Source: Candidatus Hydrogenedentota bacterium
GTDB taxonomy: Bacteria; Hydrogenedentota; Hydrogenedentia; Hydrogenedentales; CAITNO01
Reading direction: 5' to 3'
NCBI GenBank assembly: GCA_007124105.1
Contig: SLFT01000334.1
Coordinates: 1 to 34,609 of the forward strand
Length of the DNA: 34,609 bases
How positions within the stretch are numbered: the first letter of the stretch is position 1; each line of letters begins with the position of its first letter. Shown here piece by piece: positions 16,546 through 25,195 of this stretch. A program made the translations under genes and the position numbers. Below the pieces are notes generated by a model. It ran no database searches. It was not told the origin of the DNA and worked only from the letters and a program-made list of their open reading frames with translations.

Positions 16546-18909
16546 TTATTCCACCTTTACTGCGTTTACGGGACACACGTCAACGCAGCCGTTACACTGA
16601 ACGCATGTTTCCTGGTCAATCAGATGGGCTTCATACGGCGTCGCTGTAATCGCGCCAGAGGGACAGGCCTGTGCGCATTTGGTGCAGCCGATGCATGTGT
16701 CGGCGTCTATGGTGTACGTAAGCAAGGGGCGACACTTCTTGGCCGGGCAACGTCCGTGGATATGCGCCTCGAATTCGTCCCGGAAATGACGCAGCCCGGT
16801 AAGCACCGGGTTGGGCGCGGTCTTGCCGAGGCCGCACAGGCTTTGTTGTTGGATGACTTCGGCCAGCCGCGTGAGGGCGTCAAGGTCCACTGTATCGCCC
16901 CTGCCCGCGCAAAGGTTGTCGAGCATGGTCAGCAGCTGCGCGGCGCCCACGCGACAGGGTACGCATTTGCCGCAGGATTCCATTTGCGTAAACTCGAGGA
17001 AGTAACGGGCCATCTCGACAATACAGTCGGTGTCGTCCATGACAACCAGGCCGCCTGATCCCATCATGGCGCCCGCTTCAGTCAGCGCTTCATAGTCCAC
17101 AGGCAGGTCGGCCAGCGACGCGGGGATGCAGCCGCCCGACGGGCCGCCTATCTGTACAGCCTTGAACGTGTGCCCCTCGGTAACGTCGCCGCCGGCCTCT
17201 TCCACAATCTGGCGGATGGTCATGCCCATGGGCACTTCGATGAGGCCGCCATGATTGATTTTCCCGGCCAGCGCGAAAACTTTCGCGCCCGGGCTGGTTG
17301 GCGTACCGAGGGCCGCGAAGGCTTCCGGACCGTTCCGGAATATCCAGGGGACCATGGCCAGCGTTTCCACATTGTTCACCAGCGTGGGTTTGCCGTTCAG
17401 GCCGCTGTAGGCCGGGAAGGGTGGACGGAACCGGGGCGAAGGGCGTCGCCCCTCGAGCGACACAATCAGGGCGCTTTCCTCGCCGCATACAAAAGCGCCC
17501 GCGCCTTCGCGCACTTCAGCGTCGAAAAACCGTCCGTCTCCAAGCGCGTTATCTCCGAGCAGACCGGCATTGCGACATTGATCCAATGCAAGGCGCGTAC
17601 GCTCCACGGCCATGGGGTATTCAGAGCGCACATAAAATATACCTTGTTCCGCGCCAACTGCGGCCGCGGCGATGAGCATACCTTCAATGACCCGGTAAGC
17701 GAAGGACTCTAGTAACATGCGGTCCATGAACGCGCCCGGGTCGCCCTCGTCGCCGTTGCAAATAATATATTTCGTGCTGTTGACGGCATTGCGTACGATA
17801 CGCCATTTCTCCGCTGTAGGGAATCCCGCGCCGCCGCGCCCGCGCAAGCCGCTTTTTTCAATCACGTCAATGATGGCATCGCCATTGAGGGGCGCGCCGG
17901 GTTCCGCTGCGGCCATGTCCAGGCAGCGGCGCAGCGCGGCGAAGCCGCCGAGCCGAATATATTCTTCCAGATCGGCGGGGTTCGTCTCGCCCGAGTGTTC
18001 CGTAGCGATGCGACATTGTATGTTCAGGAAATGGGTGATATCCGGTTCACGCGGCGCGACACGGCGCACAGGCGATTCGCTTTCACCCGCGTAAAGTTTT
18101 TCCAGGCGGCGTTCGGCGGCGGCGCGCAGTCGTCCAAACGCGCCGGGCGGTGGGATATGCCGCAGCAGGATGTCACTCACGGCGTCGGTCGTCACTTTGG
18201 TATAGGTGTAAATCTCTTCATCGGGCACAGCAATTTCGATGAGCGGGAGCAGGTGACATAACCCCACACAACTGACTGGTTTCACAACAGCGGGCAACCT
18301 GTAACGCGCCAGCGTTTCGTCCACCACATCACGGATGCGTCCGTTGCCGCCGGCGATACAACACGAGTCAAGACATATCCTTATTTCCGGCGGCGCGTCC
18401 GGCAGGGGACGGGGCCGCCCTTTTTCATCGGCCGCAGCCGCAGTGGCGCGTTCAAAGTCTTCGATCATTTCAAGGACGGTATCCGGTCGCACATGGCCGT
18501 AGGTGATGCCGTCAATCTGTACGGCGGGCGCCAGTGTGCAACAGCCCAGACATTGCACCTTCTGTACCGTATATTGACCCCGCGCATCGGTATCCGCGCC
18601 CGGCGCAATGTCCAGCGCTTTGAGTGAAGCGTCAAAAACGCGCTCGGCGTCTTTCAGATGGCAGGCGGTGCCGTCGCACACGCAGATGGTATGCCGCCCG
18701 CCGGGAGTATCGCGAAACATGGGGAAGAAAGACGCGACGCCGTCGAGATCAGCGGGGGTTATCTCCGTAACGTCGCTGATGCGGCGCAACGCCTCGGGCG
18801 GCAGCCAACGAAAAAGGCGCTGCACGTCCTGCAGGATGGGCAACAGCGCCTGTCTGTCTCGTCCATGTGTTTCGATAATGCGGTCAACTTCGCGCAGGTC
18901 AACATCCAT
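16546..18909 (-). CDS. NuoE-NuoF (HydC-HydB / BfuC-BfuB) fusion, FMN/NAD(H)-binding Fe-S flavoprotein
   Basis: CDGTAC...CLGCC (NuoE); second Trx-like site CLDSCC...CVGLC; GRGGAGFPT, NGDEGDPGAFMDR, GAFVCGEE, GGPSGG, ESCGKCVPCR...SLCGLG; C-terminal 2x[4Fe-4S]. Confidence 0.92.
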   Translation of the reverse strand: MDVDLREVDRIIETHGRDRQALLPILQDVQRLFRWLPPEALRRISDVTEITPADLDGVASFFPMFRDTPGGRHTICVCDGTACHLKDAERVFDASLKALDIAPGADTDARGQYTVQKVQCLGCCTLAPAVQIDGITYGHVRPDTVLEMIEDFERATAAAADEKGRPRPLPDAPPEIRICLDSCCIAGGNGRIRDVVDETLARYRLPAVVKPVSCVGLCHLLPLIEIAVPDEEIYTYTKVTTDAVSDILLRHIPPPGAFGRLRAAAERRLEKLYAGESESPVRRVAPREPDITHFLNIQCRIATEHSGETNPADLEEYIRLGGFAALRRCLDMAAAEPGAPLNGDAIIDVIEKSGLRGRGGAGFPTAEKWRIVRNAVNSTKYIICNGDEGDPGAFMDRMLLESFAYRVIEGMLIAAAAVGAEQGIFYVRSEYPMAVERTRLALDQCRNAGLLGDNALGDGRFFDAEVREGAGAFVCGEESALIVSLEGRRPSPRFRPPFPAYSGLNGKPTLVNNVETLAMVPWIFRNGPEAFAALGTPTSPGAKVFALAGKINHGGLIEVPMGMTIRQIVEEAGGDVTEGHTFKAVQIGGPSGGCIPASLADLPVDYEALTEAGAMMGSGGLVVMDDTDCIVEMARYFLEFTQMESCGKCVPCRVGAAQLLTMLDNLCAGRGDTVDLDALTRLAEVIQQQSLCGLGKTAPNPVLTGLRHFRDEFEAHIHGRCPAKKCRPLLTYTIDADTCIGCTKCAQACPSGAITATPYEAHLIDQETCVQCNGCVDVCPVNAVKVE

Positions 18910-18914
18910 GGCTA

Positions 18915-20666
18915 TTATTGTTCCTCAATGCAGATCAGCGACGTCTCCGTACGCGCGTAAATGCGCCCATTTACAAACGCCGGCGTGGCCACGGTTGTTT
19001 CTTCGAATGTGGGGCGGGCAATCTCTTTGTATTCCTCTGCGTTTTCAAAAATCAATACGCGCCCGTCCATGTCTATGGCATAGATGCGATTGCCCACCAG
19101 GATAGGCGAGGCATAGAAGGGTTCGTCATGTTCATGGACCCACACGATTTCGCCATCCTCCGGACGCAGCCAGACGATCTCGCCGCGCGAGGTAAGCAGG
19201 TAAAAAAATGTATCCGTGGCGAGAGGACTGGCCACGTCCGGCAGGGACTCATAGAATTGCCACAGGATTTCGGGTTCGGCGTCCCCGTCGGCATCGGCGT
19301 CCGGCAGGCGAATAGCGGAGGCGTCAGCGTATTCGTTTGCCACGAAAAACAGACCCGCGCCGTAAGCCGGGCTCGGGCCAACCTCGCCCGCAAGAGAGTC
19401 CACCGACCACAGCAACGCGCCCGTGCGCGGGTTATACACGTCCATGTCGCGTGTGGACACCACCACCAGCAAAGGCGCATCGGGCATACCCACTAGAATA
19501 GGCGACGCCCACGAGATGCGTTCGCGCTCCTGTTTCCAGACCTCAGTTCCGTCGCGCAGGTCAAAAGCGAACAACGCGCCCTCCTGGCGCTGGTCATATT
19601 GCACGATGAGCAGGTCTTCGTAAATAATCAGCGACGATGAATGGCCGTAATGGTTATCGGGAACGCCCAAATGCTTTTCCCAAAGAATACCGCCGTTGTG
19701 ATCGAGGCAGGCCAGGTGGCCCGTGCCGAAGACAGCGCAGACGACATTGCCTTGCGCCGCCACGGTGGGCGCGGCCCAGCCTGTGTCGTCGTTCACACGG
19801 GGCGGTTCCACCGGTATACGGGTTCCGATGGGCGTTCGCCACAGTAGATCGCCCGTATCAGCGTCAAAAGCGTACACTTCACGGCGGTCCTCATCGGCGC
19901 CGCTCAGGTAAACCCGGTCGCCCCAGACCACCGGCGAGTTGAACCCCGGCAAGGGCGGCGCGACTTTCCAGCGGATATTTTTGCCCGACGCAACGTCCCA
20001 GCTGGTAGGCGCGTTGGTATGCCGTGCAACGCCATAGCCGCCCGGCCCCCGGAAAGACGGCCATTGGTCAAGCGCCTCTTCCCATGAGGGGACGACCAGT
20101 TCCAAGTCTTCTGGCGCGGCAATGGCTTCTTCCTCGGCGGCGGCCAGTTCGGCTTCCGTCGGCAATGGAATATCGAGACGGGTGAACACGGCGGCGAGCA
20201 ACGCGGCGAAAAGCCACAAGCCGCCCATGAACATCAGCAACTCACGCGCCCGGGCCTGATCCGTCCAATAATACTTCTGGGGCGTTTCGGCGGTGGGCGC
20301 CGGCAACCGGGGCCGACAATTGGCGGCGACGCGCAACGCCGCAGCGAAGGTCAACCCCGCAATCAGCGCCAACAGTCCGCCGATGCGCAGCATCCGCTGA
20401 CTGGTGAAAAATGCGGCGCGCGCCAACAGGTCCAGATTTCGGATGGCGTCAATGGTTTCAGCATCCGTTTCAGATGAACCGGTCACTTGCGAACGCAACC
20501 GCGCCAGATCGGGATGCTCGAGTGTATCAATACCGCGAACCTGCCAGTAATTGACAATCAGCAGCGACGATACAACAAGACAAAATAAACCGGACACTGT
20601 TGCAACAACAACAGCCGCGCGCAGTAGTACGTCGTTGGTCTTAAAACGTGTTTGTTCTTTTTGCAT
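18915..20666 (-). CDS. membrane-anchored (3 TM) PQQ-like/BamB-like beta-propeller protein
   Basis: Start at ATG 20666 (AAGGA RBS); three hydrophobic helices, then WPSFRGP, NIRWK, SPVVWGDRVY, AFD..TG..LW repeats, ASPIL, ATPA. Confidence 0.85.
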   Translation of the reverse strand: MQKEQTRFKTNDVLLRAAVVVATVSGLFCLVVSSLLIVNYWQVRGIDTLEHPDLARLRSQVTGSSETDAETIDAIRNLDLLARAAFFTSQRMLRIGGLLALIAGLTFAAALRVAANCRPRLPAPTAETPQKYYWTDQARARELLMFMGGLWLFAALLAAVFTRLDIPLPTEAELAAAEEEAIAAPEDLELVVPSWEEALDQWPSFRGPGGYGVARHTNAPTSWDVASGKNIRWKVAPPLPGFNSPVVWGDRVYLSGADEDRREVYAFDADTGDLLWRTPIGTRIPVEPPRVNDDTGWAAPTVAAQGNVVCAVFGTGHLACLDHNGGILWEKHLGVPDNHYGHSSSLIIYEDLLIVQYDQRQEGALFAFDLRDGTEVWKQERERISWASPILVGMPDAPLLVVVSTRDMDVYNPRTGALLWSVDSLAGEVGPSPAYGAGLFFVANEYADASAIRLPDADADGDAEPEILWQFYESLPDVASPLATDTFFYLLTSRGEIVWLRPEDGEIVWVHEHDEPFYASPILVGNRIYAIDMDGRVLIFENAEEYKEIARPTFEETTVATPAFVNGRIYARTETSLICIEEQ

Positions 20667-20731
20667 TGTATTCCTTGCTAACGCCCACCAGGGAATATAG
20701 ATCATCGTTATAACGCGCGTACAAGGCGGCT

Positions 20732-20765
20732 AGTATAACACAGCATTTTAATTGTTGAACAAGAG
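20732..20765 (-). promoter_or_regulatory. possible internal promoter for the propeller-NuoEF-NuoG sub-operon
   Basis: Extended -10 TGtTATACT (20740-20732) in an AT-rich 115-nt gap; -35 element poorly defined. Confidence 0.4.
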
Positions 20766-20781
20766 CCTAAGAACGTGCTGA

Positions 20782-22068
20782 TTATTTCTCCGGCGGCTCG
20801 ACTGGACAATACTTGAAGCAGCGGGCGCAGCTGAGACACGCCCCCTTGTCTATGGTGTAGTCGCGGGCGTGACGCAGCACGGACAGGCGGAACAGGCGCG
20901 CGCACAGGGCGATGCCCATAAACGCGCCCAGTGCGGCGCCGGCGACCTTAAAGCGTTCATTGAGCGCGTGGGCCTCGGCATAAAGGACAGTTGCGGGTTC
21001 GTCGCCTTCGCGGAAGGCCTCGCTCTCTGTGGTCATTTCATCGTAAACGCCCGCTTCTTCGGCGGCGATGCGCTCGGCGAGGCGCACGGTGGGATGCATG
21101 CGCGACAACGTGGGATGAGCGCTCCATCCGATGCCCGCCGCGAACAAAATGGCTATCGGCGCGACAAGCAGCAGTTTGCCCAGCCGCAGCGCCCCTGCCC
21201 TGCGCGGTTCGGCGTCGGCGGGTTCAGGCGGAATAATGGCGTTATAAGGGCACGCGTTTTCACACAGGCGGCATTGTACGCATTCATCGGGCGTGATGGT
21301 AGCGTGACGCCGCGCAAAGATGGCGATCCAGCGCAGCAACACGCCGTAGGGGCATAAGTAGCGGCAGTAGGGACGGGCAATAAAAATGCCTGCGCCCAGG
21401 ATAATCCCGCCCGCCAGAAGCATGTTAAAACTGCCGCCCAATCGGAAGAATCCGACAAAGGGGTCATAGCGGCATATAAGGAACCCGGCGCCCACGGCCA
21501 CGCCCATTACGGTGATGCCGAGATAGAGATAGGCGAGCATGCCCAGCGCGGCATCCACCGGCTTGGGCACCTGCACCGGATGCACCGCGAAGATTTCCTG
21601 GGCAGCGCCCAACGGGCACGCCGCCGCGCAGAACACACGTCCAAAATACAAGGCGGCAACAAGGGGCAACAGAAAGAAAGCGGCCACCAGAAACGTCAGC
21701 ACATGGCCGGTGCCGATATAGGCGTTTAATACATTTTGCAGTGAACCCACCGAACAGACGCAGCCCTGCCGATAAAAACCGAAGTAGGCCAGCGCAAAGA
21801 AGGACAGGGCCAATACCCAGTTGCGCGACCGGCGGCGCAGTACAGCCCACGCCGTGAGCGCCAGTACTCCTGTCAGCAGCGCAATATCCAGCCAGGGCGG
21901 CGTCAATGCGTCCGGCGGCAGGTGCATGTCTTCGTGTTCGTAGCCCGTGCTGAACTCCGGCATGGGGAACCGAAACTCCGCGTTGGCCGTACCAGTCAAT
22001 AACGCCGACCATAAAAGCAGGAAGAGCACTACCCTTCTGTATACTATAGCGCGTTTCCCCATGGCCAT
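20782..22068 (-). CDS. polytopic membrane 4Fe-4S protein (NapH/MauN/NosR C-terminal-like)
   Basis: Multiple TM helices; GCVCSVG, GRVFCAAACPLG, RPYCRYLCPYG; CVQCRLCENACP and CLSCARCFKYCP. Confidence 0.88.
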   Translation of the reverse strand: MAMGKRAIVYRRVVLFLLLWSALLTGTANAEFRFPMPEFSTGYEHEDMHLPPDALTPPWLDIALLTGVLALTAWAVLRRRSRNWVLALSFFALAYFGFYRQGCVCSVGSLQNVLNAYIGTGHVLTFLVAAFFLLPLVAALYFGRVFCAAACPLGAAQEIFAVHPVQVPKPVDAALGMLAYLYLGITVMGVAVGAGFLICRYDPFVGFFRLGGSFNMLLAGGIILGAGIFIARPYCRYLCPYGVLLRWIAIFARRHATITPDECVQCRLCENACPYNAIIPPEPADAEPRRAGALRLGKLLLVAPIAILFAAGIGWSAHPTLSRMHPTVRLAERIAAEEAGVYDEMTTESEAFREGDEPATVLYAEAHALNERFKVAGAALGAFMGIALCARLFRLSVLRHARDYTIDKGACLSCARCFKYCPVEPPEK

Positions 22069-22628
22069 CAGGCGCCTTCCCCAGCGTTTTCATCGTACTT
22101 CAATACATAGGCGCGGCTCAGCGGGATACGTTCGATGGCGTTCGAGGGACAATCGCGCGCGATGGCGCATTCATTACAGTGAGCGCAGAGATCGCGCTTG
22201 ATTTGCAGATAAAGCGACCCGTTGCCAAACTGGCCGCAGCCTTTCACGCATTTCCCACAACCGATGCACAAGTCCTCGTCAATGGAATAGGCGAAATAGG
22301 GTTCTTCCACAAAACGGCGCGTAATGGCTGCTGTGGGGCAGAGTTCGTTCTCGGCGCCCGTGTCCAGCGCGGGCGCGGCGGGTTGCAGATAGCCGCTGCA
22401 CAAGTCGCAGTAGCCGCATATCTTTGTGGCGTGTACACATTTCACCGCCGAGGGGTTCAGTACGCAGTGCGTGGCGCAACGACCGCATTGGGTGCATTTG
22501 TGTGGGTCTATCTGCCACACCCACTTTTCCGCCGACGGCGATGCGGCCATCCAGACCCCGCCGCCAAGAGCGGCCACGGCGGCGGCGCGTATGAATTCGC
22601 GGCGGCCAGGTTTCGTCTCCGTACTCAT
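22068..22628 (-). CDS. Tat-signal polyferredoxin (NapG/MauM-like role)
   Basis: GRREFIR twin-arginine motif plus hydrophobic stretch; CTQCGRCATHC, CGYCDLC, CP, CIGCGKCVKGC, CAHCNEC....CP; TGATG overlap with the next gene. Confidence 0.85.
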   Translation of the reverse strand: MSTETKPGRREFIRAAAVAALGGGVWMAASPSAEKWVWQIDPHKCTQCGRCATHCVLNPSAVKCVHATKICGYCDLCSGYLQPAAPALDTGAENELCPTAAITRRFVEEPYFAYSIDEDLCIGCGKCVKGCGQFGNGSLYLQIKRDLCAHCNECAIARDCPSNAIERIPLSRAYVLKYDENAGEGA

Positions 22629-23674
22629 TCTTTTTCCTTTCCTGCGTCAATCGGCTCAAAGACCAGTATGGCGCGCAAGGGGCCGTGCAACACCAGGATA
22701 CGGTCATTGGTGTCCACGGCCAGGTCGCGAATGGGCGCCGGGTCAGCCGGGAACTCCGCGGCGTTCCAGCCCGCGTTCAAATGTTCCGACGTTGCCGCCA
22801 CGCCGGCAAAGGAGCGGTCGGCGGCAAAGGTCTTCACGCGATTGATGCCCTTCTCCGCTGTTACCAACGTACCGTTGCTCTTAAACGCAATATGGATGGG
22901 ATTGCAGCAGCCGGGAAACTGATGCGTCGCGAAACCCGGCTGATGCCAGGCGGTCAGCAACGCGCCGTCCGCGCGGTATTTTTCCACCCCGAGTTTTCCC
23001 GGGTTGGAAACCCACAATGCGCCCATTGCGTCAAAGGCCACATCCAAATAGTGACTTGGAACAACGAATCCGATACTATCCCGTTCAGGATCGCGCTCAC
23101 CGATTGTATTTAGTATTTGACCGTCATGGGTATAGCGATAAACGCGCGCATTGCCCGCATCGGCGACAAACACATGGTTTTCATCCACCACAATTTCGGT
23201 GGTCCAGGCGCGTTCGCCCAGGGTTTCCCAGTTGGTGTGATGTTCTCCCGTGTCGCTGAATACAGCCAGATGGTCGCGCATACCGAGATACATCGTACCG
23301 TCCGGCGCTACGGCAACACAGTCAGGGCGCCCATCAATCTCATGGCGCGCCTGTTCGCGTCCTGTTTCGTCCAGCATGAGCAACGCCCCCTCGCCTGTTG
23401 CCCACAGGCGACCTTCGCTGTCTACAGCGAGTCCGGAGGGATTGTCCAGTTCCAGCGCGATGCGCGCCGTCTCATGGTAGCGCACATCGTCATCAGCCAC
23501 GGCCTCGTAGCGCGAAACATCATATACCAGCGCTTCGCCCGGTTCGTCGGGACGGTCCGTCATGAACAGCGCAAGCGTCAACGCCACCACCGCGATGGCG
23601 AGAACCGCCCACGCCCAGTCAGGTATCATTCTTTGTTGTTTATGCTGCATGGGATTTTCTTTGTAAGGAAACAT
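22625..23674 (-). CDS. membrane-anchored NHL-repeat beta-propeller protein with GCCNP motif
   Basis: N-terminal TM; NHL-like repeats (PSGLAVDSEGRLW, PDCVAVAPDG, VFVADAGNARV, DVAFDAMG.LWVSNPG, DLAVDTNDRILVL); ATGA overlap with the ferredoxin gene. Confidence 0.82.
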   Translation of the reverse strand: MFPYKENPMQHKQQRMIPDWAWAVLAIAVVALTLALFMTDRPDEPGEALVYDVSRYEAVADDDVRYHETARIALELDNPSGLAVDSEGRLWATGEGALLMLDETGREQARHEIDGRPDCVAVAPDGTMYLGMRDHLAVFSDTGEHHTNWETLGERAWTTEIVVDENHVFVADAGNARVYRYTHDGQILNTIGERDPERDSIGFVVPSHYLDVAFDAMGALWVSNPGKLGVEKYRADGALLTAWHQPGFATHQFPGCCNPIHIAFKSNGTLVTAEKGINRVKTFAADRSFAGVAATSEHLNAGWNAAEFPADPAPIRDLAVDTNDRILVLHGPLRAILVFEPIDAGKEKE

Positions 23675-23741
23675 CCCTGTTCCGGTATATTATTTCGCGC
23701 CGCTTTTCACGGATAAACAGCGCTATGGTGTGTCATACGCC

Positions 23742-24821
23742 TCAATCTTGTTCAGCAAGACGCGCGGCACGGTCGGCCACATTGAGCGCGTCAAGCAAGT
23801 CATCGAGGTCGCCTTCAAGAATCTCGCGCAATTTGTAAAGCGAGAGTTGGATGCGATGGTCAGTGACTCGGTTTTCGGGGAAATTATAGGTGCGGATTTT
23901 TTCGCTGCGGTCGCCCGTACGCACCTGGCTGCGGCGGTCCTCGGCGCGCGCGTCTGCGCCCTCACGAATTTTGATGTCCAGCAACCGCGCGCGCAACACG
24001 CGCAACGCCTGCGCCTTGTTTTTGTGTTGCGATTTTTCGTCCTGGCACATCACGACCAGGCCGGTGGGCTTATGGGTAATGCGCACGGCGGAATCAGTGG
24101 TGTTTACGCTCTGACCGCCCGGCCCCGAGGAACGGTACACGTCAATCTGCAAATCGTTGGGGTCAATGGCGACATCCACTTCCTCCGCTTCAGGCAGCAC
24201 GGCCACTGTCACGGCGGATGTGTGAATGCGCCCCTGCGTTTCCGTGTCAGGCACGCGCTGCACCCGATGTACGCCGCCCTCCCATTTCATCAGGCTGTAC
24301 ACGCTGTCGCCAGTGATTTGGAAACAGACTTCCTTGAATCCGCCCAGTCCCGTGGGATTCGAGTTCATCACCTCGATTTTCCAGCCGCGAATCTCGGCAA
24401 ATCGGGAATACATGCGGAACAGGTTGGCGGCAAACAAGCCCGCTTCTTCTCCGCCGGTGCCCGCTCTTATCTCCACGATGGTATTCTTTTCGTCGTTGGG
24501 ATCCTTAGGCACGAGAAGCAGACGTAATTCCTCCTCGCGTCCTTCCAACGACACCTTCAACCGGTCGTACTCTTCGTGAGCAAACGCGAGCATTTCCGGA
24601 TCGGTTTCATCGCGGATTACCCGCTGTGCCTCACGCAACCCTTCTTCCTCGCGTTGATATCGCGCAAATGCCTGCACCAGGTCAGACAGCTCCGCATATT
24701 TGCGGGCGTGTTTCTGGTACACATCGGGATTCATGGCCACTTCGGGCGTGGCCATGGTATCAGCCAGACGCTGATGATCGGCTGTAAGCGCCTCGAGTTT
24801 CTCGCGCAATCGCGCTTCCAT
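23742..24821 (-). CDS. prfA: peptide chain release factor 1
   Basis: EIRAGTGGEEA, HRVQRVPDTE (PxT motif specific to RF1), GPGGQSVN, RTYNFP. Confidence 0.97.
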   Translation of the reverse strand: MEARLREKLEALTADHQRLADTMATPEVAMNPDVYQKHARKYAELSDLVQAFARYQREEEGLREAQRVIRDETDPEMLAFAHEEYDRLKVSLEGREEELRLLLVPKDPNDEKNTIVEIRAGTGGEEAGLFAANLFRMYSRFAEIRGWKIEVMNSNPTGLGGFKEVCFQITGDSVYSLMKWEGGVHRVQRVPDTETQGRIHTSAVTVAVLPEAEEVDVAIDPNDLQIDVYRSSGPGGQSVNTTDSAVRITHKPTGLVVMCQDEKSQHKNKAQALRVLRARLLDIKIREGADARAEDRRSQVRTGDRSEKIRTYNFPENRVTDHRIQLSLYKLREILEGDLDDLLDALNVADRAARLAEQD

Positions 24822-24827
24822 GAACGA

Positions 24828-25088
24828 TTATTCGCCGGATTTTGCGGCGGCGCCAAACTTCTTCTGAAACCGTTCCACGCGCCCTTCACTGTCCACAAAC
24901 TTCTGTTTGCCTGTGAAAAACGGATGGGAATGGCTCGAAAGATCGAGGGTGTACAGCGGATATTCCTTGCCTTCATATTCGGTTGTACGCGTGGTCTCCA
25001 CCGTCGAGCGGGTCAACCACTTGACGTTTGCGCCAACGTCCATGAATACGACTTCGCGATAATTCTCGGGATGAATGCCCTTTTTCAC
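24828..25088 (-). CDS. rpmE: 50S ribosomal protein L31, type B (Zn-independent)
   Basis: GTG start at 25088 with AAGGAG RBS; (M)KKGIHP.NYREVVF...[21 protein letters not shown]; no Cys. Confidence 0.95.
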   Translation of the reverse strand: MKKGIHPENYREVVFMDVGANVKWLTRSTVETTRTTEYEGKEYPLYTLDLSSHSHPFFTGKQKFVDSEGRVERFQKKFGAAAKSGE

Positions 25089-25195
25089 GACCTGTATCTC
25101 CTTAAACACGCTAACTCTATTTAACTGGGATTGGGGGGAAGGATAGACATGCGCCAACGCTGTAACGTTATTCCACATCACAGGCTAGCGTGCGT

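Noticed and set aside
15001-18909. Calling the pair complex I (nuoEFG), an FeFe hydrogenase or a formate dehydrogenase
   Set aside because: There are no other nuo genes, no H-cluster motifs and no molybdopterin domain; extra domains point to a HydBC-type protein.
18915-20666. BamB or a true PQQ dehydrogenase assignment
   Set aside because: It has three TM helices and no lipobox, and I cannot identify PQQ/Ca-binding catalytic motifs; only the fold is supported.
23730-24527. Long antisense ORFs (e.g. 23730-24527, 10571-11608, 16042-17058, 32614-33588, 2344-3177)
   Set aside because: Each lies opposite a well-supported gene and has no motifs; such shadows are typical of GC-rich codon bias.
23742-24821. 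prfB with programmed frameshift
   Set aside because: The ORF is continuous and has the RF1 PxT motif, not the RF2 SPF motif.
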